In this document: positions 59,118 to 64,000 of the stretch, in pieces | Position numbering within the stretch: the first letter of the stretch is position 1 | How the letters are laid out: every line of letters starts with the position of its first letter | Origin: Desulfobacterales bacterium | Lineage (GTDB): Bacteria; Desulfobacterota; Syntrophobacteria; B119-G9 | Length of the DNA stretch: 64,000 nt | NCBI GenBank assembly: GCA_026983715.1 | Contig: JALSTM010000077.1 | Span: 304-64,303, forward strand | Direction of reading: 5' to 3' | Position numbers and translations under genes: made by a program | Notes under the pieces: generated by a model | What the model saw: the letters and a program-made list of their open reading frames with translations, nothing else | Told to the model about the DNA's origin: nothing | Database searches by the model: none

Positions 59118-60095
59118 GTGGGTTACTCGAGAGAACTACTTGCGAATCTATATCGCACAATGGTTCGCATCAGATTTTGCGAAGAAAGCTTGGTCAAACC
59201 TATTTTGAAAGGTGAAATAATATGTCCGTGTCATTTATATTCTGGGCAAGAGGCTGTTGCGGCCGGCATTTGTGAGTCTTTGAATGAGAAAGATTACGTG
59301 TTTGGTACTCATCGGTCTCATGGACACTTTTTAGCTATGGGTGGAGCTATGAGGGATTTGTTGGCGGAGATTTTTACCCGGGAAACAGGGTGTTCGAGAG
59401 GTAGGGGAGGTTCCATGCACTTGATTGACCCTGGAAAGGGAATTATGGGAGCTGCTCCTATTGTTGCCGGTACAATTTCTCTCGCCATGGGTGCCGCCCT
59501 TGCTTCTAATTTGCGCGGTGAGAAGAGAGTGGCTGTGAGTTTCTTTGGAGATGGGGCAGCAGGTGAAGGAGTGCTCTACGAATGCCTTAATTTTGCGGCT
59601 TTAAAAAAACTACCATTGGTATTTGTCTGCGAAAATAATTTTTATTCTACTCACATGCCGATACAAGAATGCAGAGTTAATGGAGACATTTACAAGATTG
59701 CAGAGCCTTTTTCCGTTAAGTCTTCTAAAGTCGATGGAAATGACGTTTTAAAGGTGTACGAGGCAGGTAAGGAAGCAATTGAGTTTTGTAGAAAAGGGGA
59801 AGGACCTGTGTTTCTTGAATGTAAAACTTATCGCTTTAGAGGCCATGTGGGCCCTGACGACAATATTCAGGGAACGCATACCGACATACGCCCGAGGGAA
59901 GAAGTTGAAAGTTGGTTAAAAAAGGATCCGATAACACGATTTGAGAAATATCTGCTGGAGAATAATCTTCTAAGTGAAAAACTACTTGATGGTATTAAGA
60001 AAGAGATTAGTGACGAAGTTGAAGAGTCCATTGAATTTGCGAAAAACAGTCCGTATCCTGAAGCAAAGGAATTAACCCGATATGTCTATAAATAG
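59118..60095 (+). CDS. TPP-dependent 2-oxoacid dehydrogenase E1 component, alpha subunit (PdhA/AcoA-like)
   Basis: 'GQEAVAAGI', 'THRSHGH', TPP-binding 'GDGAAGEGVLYECLNFA'; 14-nt overlap with the beta subunit. Confidence 0.85.
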   Translation: MGYSRELLANLYRTMVRIRFCEESLVKPILKGEIICPCHLYSGQEAVAAGICESLNEKDYVFGTHRSHGHFLAMGGAMRDLLAEIFTRETGCSRGRGGSMHLIDPGKGIMGAAPIVAGTISLAMGAALASNLRGEKRVAVSFFGDGAAGEGVLYECLNFAALKKLPLVFVCENNFYSTHMPIQECRVNGDIYKIAEPFSVKSSKVDGNDVLKVYEAGKEAIEFCRKGEGPVFLECKTYRFRGHVGPDDNIQGTHTDIRPREEVESWLKKDPITRFEKYLLENNLLSEKLLDGIKKEISDEVEESIEFAKNSPYPEAKELTRYVYK

Positions 60096-61077
60096 AAAAC
60101 TACAATACAGTCTGGCAATCAATGAAGCATTGCATCAAATGATGGCAGTTAATGATTCGGTCTTTTTAATGGGACAGGGTGTAAAGAGTCCCTGGTACGT
60201 TGGAAACACTGCAAGAGGACTGCTGGAGAAATTTGGAAATGGCCGAGTGATAGACACCCCAGTGTCTGAGAATTCCATAACTGGTGCCGGGGTGGGGGCA
60301 GCAATTGCTGGGATGAGACCGATTATTGTGCATCCTAGAATGGATTTTATGCTCTACGCCATGGATCCCATAATAAATGAAGCAGCTAACTGGTATTATA
60401 TGAATGGTGGCAGAGTATCCGTACCTGTAGTTATATGGGGTATAATAAATAGGGGTGGAGAACAAGCAGCACAGCATTCCCAAGCCCTTCACTCGATATT
60501 TTCACACGTTCCGGGCCTCAAGGTTGTTATGCCTTCGACTCCTTACGACGCAAAAGGGCTAATGATAGCAGCTATAGAGGATGATAATCCTGTTGTATTT
60601 ATAGATGATAGATGGCTCTACGGAATCGAAGATTTTGTTCCTGAAGAAATTTACATTGTGGAGATCGGAAAGGGAATTATTCGGAAAGAAGGGTCTGATA
60701 TCACGCTTGTTTCCATATCGTTCATGGCCCATCAGGCTCTTGAAGCTGCTAACAGACTAGCAGAAGAGAACATACATGTTGAAGTTATTGATCTTCGCTC
60801 CGCAAAACCAATAGATACCGAAATAATTATTGATTCATTGAAAAAAACAGGTTTTCTAGTTGTGCTGGATGGGGGCTGGAAAACCTGTGGTTTCTCATCA
60901 GAAGTGGCCGCCATCGTCGCAGAAAAAGGATACCAATATCTCAGGGGGCCAATAAGACGTATAACTCTTCCGGATTGTCCTGCTCCTGCAAGCTCGGTGC
61001 TTGAAAAAGCATATTACCCGAATTCTGATAATATTGTCGCTAACATAAAATCCTATCTAGAAAATTTCCATCGATGA
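60082..61077 (+). CDS. TPP-dependent 2-oxoacid dehydrogenase E1 component, beta subunit (transketolase-like Pyr and C-terminal domains)
   Basis: 'VFLMGQGV', 'DTPVSENSITGAGVGAAIAGMRPI', 'KVVMPSTPYDAKGLM'. Confidence 0.85.
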   Translation: MSINRKLQYSLAINEALHQMMAVNDSVFLMGQGVKSPWYVGNTARGLLEKFGNGRVIDTPVSENSITGAGVGAAIAGMRPIIVHPRMDFMLYAMDPIINEAANWYYMNGGRVSVPVVIWGIINRGGEQAAQHSQALHSIFSHVPGLKVVMPSTPYDAKGLMIAAIEDDNPVVFIDDRWLYGIEDFVPEEIYIVEIGKGIIRKEGSDITLVSISFMAHQALEAANRLAEENIHVEVIDLRSAKPIDTEIIIDSLKKTGFLVVLDGGWKTCGFSSEVAAIVAEKGYQYLRGPIRRITLPDCPAPASSVLEKAYYPNSDNIVANIKSYLENFHR

Positions 61078-61099
61078 AAGAGACGGAGGTTAAATCAAT

Positions 61100-62227
61100 A
61101 TGGGATACAAGGTTCGATTTGTTGACCCTGCCAGGAACTACCGAATGATCAAGGAAGAAATAGACAAAGCTTACTTCGAAGTAATGAGCAAAGGAGATTT
61201 GATTGACCGGCAGCATTTAAGAGATTTTGAGGCTAATCTGGCGGCCTTCGTAGGAACAAAATACGCCGTGGGGCTAAATAGTGGATATGATGCTCTGCAC
61301 ATGTCACTAAGAGCGGCGGGAGTCGGTCTGGGAGATGAGGTTATCGTGCCTTCTCATACCTTTGTTGCGACAGCATCTGCAGTAGTGAATGTTGGAGCAA
61401 AGCCGGTTCTTGTTGATGTGGGAAAGGACTTCAATATTGATTGCAGCAAGATAGAGGAAGCTATTACAGAGCAGACAAAAGCAATTATTCCGGTACACCT
61501 GAATGGCTACATGGCAGATATGGAAAGAATTATGGAACTTGCTAACAAGTATAATCTTGTGGTGATAGAAGACGCTTGCCAGAGTCTGGGAGCAAGCATG
61601 TTGGATGAAAAAGCAGAGGGTAAGAAAAAAAAGGCAGGTTCGTGGGGGCTTACCGGATGCTGGAGTTTCTATCCATTCAAAATGCTTGGTGGTTACGGTG
61701 ATGGAGGAGCTATTACTACTAACGATCCAGATGTGGCTCTGTTCGCGAGACGCATGAGGTTTAACGGTGAAGATCGTGAAACTGGGGAGTACCACGGGCA
61801 TGGATTTACCTGCCTGCTAGATAACCTTCAAGCTGCGTTTCTTGACGTGAAACTGAGATATTTACCTGAATGGATAAAGAGAAGGCAAGAAATTGCCAAG
61901 CGTTACAGAAGGGGGCTTAAAGACTTAGAAGACCTTATGCTACCTCACTATGATGATCCGAGAAGGGATCATGTTTACCAGAATTATGTGGTTAGATCAA
62001 AGCAGGGGGATGAATTTTCTAATTATCTCAAGGCAAATGGTGTAGAAGTATTGATTCAATTCAGGAAGCCCTATTACAAGCACAAAGCTTTACAGTTGGA
62101 AGACAGGGGATTCCCTGAAACTGAGGCGCTAAGTAAAGAGGTATGTTCTTTGCCGATGAATGTGGAAATAACTGATGAAGAAGTCGATTATGTTATTTCT
62201 GTTGTGCGCAGTTTCTATTCAAAATAA
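61100..62227 (+). CDS. DegT/DnrJ/EryC1/StrS-family PLP enzyme (sugar aminotransferase or dehydratase)
   Basis: 'VPSHTFVATASAVV', 'EDACQSLGA', 'SFYPFKMLGGYGDGGA' with lysine. Confidence 0.8.
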   Translation: MGYKVRFVDPARNYRMIKEEIDKAYFEVMSKGDLIDRQHLRDFEANLAAFVGTKYAVGLNSGYDALHMSLRAAGVGLGDEVIVPSHTFVATASAVVNVGAKPVLVDVGKDFNIDCSKIEEAITEQTKAIIPVHLNGYMADMERIMELANKYNLVVIEDACQSLGASMLDEKAEGKKKKAGSWGLTGCWSFYPFKMLGGYGDGGAITTNDPDVALFARRMRFNGEDRETGEYHGHGFTCLLDNLQAAFLDVKLRYLPEWIKRRQEIAKRYRRGLKDLEDLMLPHYDDPRRDHVYQNYVVRSKQGDEFSNYLKANGVEVLIQFRKPYYKHKALQLEDRGFPETEALSKEVCSLPMNVEITDEEVDYVISVVRSFYSK

Positions 62228-62259
62228 AAACATAGAGCTTTCTACAAGAAAGGGATGCA

Positions 62260-63417
62260 ATGGCTCTCAACTTAAGTTCCCGACACGAATTGGTGAGGCA
62301 ATCCGAAATACGTAATATGTCTGTTGAATGTGATAGAATGGGGGGGATTAATTTATCACAAGGAATAAGTGATTTGGCTGTACCCAAGTGTGTGATGATG
62401 GCAGCCCAAAAGGCAATAGAAGGAGGATATAATTCTTATACCCATTTCAGTGGATTGGAGGAGCTTCGAAAAGCTATTGCAGAAAAGCAAAAAAAATATA
62501 CCGGGATGGATATCGATCCTGAAAACGAAATTGTCGTTAGTGCAGGCTCGACAGGAGCGTTTTACTGTGCATGCCTTGCTCTTTTAAATCCAGGAGATGA
62601 AGTAATCTTGTTTGAGCCATATTACGGCTATCACAAGACAACTTTGGTTGCAGCAGGGGCGGTACCGGTTTATGTTCGTCTTTCTCCTCCTGAATGGACC
62701 TTTACAGATGAATCGTTGGAATCAGTTGTTTCAGGAAAAACAAGAGGAATACTCATCAATACGCCTGCTAATCCTTCAGGAAAGGTGTTCAGTAAAGAGG
62801 AACTTGATCGGATTGCTGAATTTGCTTCCAATTATGATCTTTTTGTATTCACAGATGAAATCTATGAACACTTTCTCTATGACGGGAAGGAACATATCGC
62901 TCCGGCGACCATTCCCGGGATGAGGGAAAGGACGATTACCATATCGGGTTTATCAAAGACTTTTAGCATCACTGGTTGGAGAATCGGATATTCTATTTGT
63001 GATCCCAAATGGTCCAGAAGTATTGGTTACTTTAATGACCTTATATACGTATGTGCCCCTTCGCCACTGCAGATGGGCGTAGCTAAAGGCTTGATAGACT
63101 TGGATAAAGACTTTTACCAACATATCTCCCAACAATTTCAGAGAAAACGAGATATGGTTTGTAATTCTTTGAGAGAAGCAAATCTTAACCCCTTTGTTCC
63201 CGAAGGGGCATATTATATTTTGGCAGATATTTCAAGAATACCGGGAAAAAGCAGCAATGAACGTTGCTTATATATTTTGCGTGAGATAGGAGTTGCGAGC
63301 GTGCCGGGTAGTGCCTTTTACCACGACAAATCGGGGGAGAAGTTAGCAAGATTTTGTTTTGCAAAAGAAGATTACGTTTTGAGCGAAGCTTGCACGAGAT
63401 TAAAGAGTTTGAAATAA
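62260..63417 (+). CDS. Class I/II (aspartate-aminotransferase-fold) PLP aminotransferase
   Basis: 'INLSQGISDL', 'LINTPANPSGKVFS', 'SGLSKTFSITGWRIGY' PLP-lysine region. Confidence 0.8.
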   Translation: MALNLSSRHELVRQSEIRNMSVECDRMGGINLSQGISDLAVPKCVMMAAQKAIEGGYNSYTHFSGLEELRKAIAEKQKKYTGMDIDPENEIVVSAGSTGAFYCACLALLNPGDEVILFEPYYGYHKTTLVAAGAVPVYVRLSPPEWTFTDESLESVVSGKTRGILINTPANPSGKVFSKEELDRIAEFASNYDLFVFTDEIYEHFLYDGKEHIAPATIPGMRERTITISGLSKTFSITGWRIGYSICDPKWSRSIGYFNDLIYVCAPSPLQMGVAKGLIDLDKDFYQHISQQFQRKRDMVCNSLREANLNPFVPEGAYYILADISRIPGKSSNERCLYILREIGVASVPGSAFYHDKSGEKLARFCFAKEDYVLSEACTRLKSLK

Positions 63418-63467
63418 GGGCTATGCAAAGCTTTCTCATTTTGTGAACCTAATGGTCGTTCTCGATG

Positions 63468-64000
63468 TTACTGGGTCTTCACAAAAATGTCATCGAACCA
63501 AACGATACCGGTAGTTTTATAAAGCAACAAGTAAGGTTGCACGGCAACTACACCCTTGTTCCATGTTTTTACGATCTGTTTTAGTTGCCAATCATGGGTA
63601 CCGGCGTCAAACTTCAAGGGGTAATAATACCAACGAACTGTTCCATCTTCAAAGGTTACCTTGAAATCTAGGCAATAGAAACCACCTCTTTGTACGTTAT
63701 GAGCCTTGGACCAACCTCCAAAAAGAAGCGTTTTAGGATACGGTGCGTCGAACCGGACCTTTTCTCCGTACCATCCAACATAGGTTGCAGTAGTATTTTG
63801 TATTTTTACAGAGTGTGTTCCCTCATGCGATTCATCTGTTCCCCATTCCCCCGGGTCCACGTTGGCTTGCTTTCCTTGGGTTACTTGCTCATATAAATGC
63901 CATCCAGATACAAAGGATTTTCCTTTTTCAAGTGTGGAGTTATAGATTAAGTTATCGGGCTCAGGGATTACAAAAATGTCATCGAACCAAACGGTACCGG
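63468..64000 (-). CDS. C-terminal part of a protein made of tandem ~164-aa repeat domains (continues beyond the window end)
   Basis: Reading frame stays open upstream of the tracked GTG start through position 64000; the motif 'WFDDIFV' (gtcatcgaaccaaacgRtaccgg) recurs at 63484-63508 and 63976-64000, exactly 492 nt apart. Confidence 0.5.
   Translation of the reverse strand, partial: GTVWFDDIFVIPEPDNLIYNSTLEKGKSFVSGWHLYEQVTQGKQANVDPGEWGTDESHEGTHSVKIQNTTATYVGWYGEKVRFDAPYPKTLLFGGWSKAHNVQRGGFYCLDFKVTFEDGTVRWYYYPLKFDAGTHDWQLKQIVKTWNKGVVAVQPYLLLYKTTGIVWFDDIFVKTQ

Noticed and set aside
1-64000. tRNA, rRNA and CRISPR arrays
   Set aside because: Scanning intergenic regions by eye found no T-loop-like GTTCGAATC/GGTTCGA motifs, no rRNA-like conserved blocks, and no regularly spaced direct repeats.

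Overview
This is a bacterial chromosomal segment, probably from a Desulfobacterota- or Nitrospirota-like organism: it is rich in TPR proteins and carries a PEP-CTERM substrate, PilB/PilC/PilS and LptFG. I found no rRNA, tRNA or CRISPR. The genes run as follows: (i) lptF-lptG, convergent with a minus-strand operon of hypothetical protein, TPR lipoprotein, GAF/HATPase-like kinase and two orphan DppD/DppF-type ABC ATPases; (ii) radA, rpsT, a pilB-pilC-sensor-kinase cluster, fabD, mlaC-like, radC, qor, mltG, pepP, a crotonase, a solo hicB, proC; (iii) a PEP-CTERM protein next to a minus-strand operon wecB -> NfrB-like c-di-GMP-binding GT2 synthase -> NfrA-like TPR/beta-barrel outer-membrane exporter -> secreted protein, i.e. 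an Nfr-type exopolysaccharide secretion module outside the Enterobacteria; (iv) after a 1.4 kb gene-free gap, a ~25 kb co-directional Wzx/Wzy-dependent glycan locus (38.2-63.4 kb) that is visibly more AT-rich than the flanking core and combines several unusual enzymes. These are a UDP-sulfoquinovose synthase (SQD1/SqdB/Agl3) homolog, a sulfotransferase-fold protein, a SAF-less NeuB-like synthase plus CMP-sugar cytidylyltransferase and a GT52-like (sialyltransferase HP-motif) transferase, a WbpB/WbpE/WbpD-like triad, a TPP-dependent E1-alpha/E1-beta pair inside the operon, and extra methyl-, acyl- and aminotransferases. Two copies of a MITE-like intergenic repeat (10.47-10.61 kb and 37.51-37.80 kb), partly in inverted orientation, bracket about 27 kb. 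The most novel candidates are the Nfr-like module with an expanded five-motif MshEN c-di-GMP receptor tail, and the sulfo/sulfated nonulosonate-like glycan locus with the E1 alpha/beta branch-forming pair.
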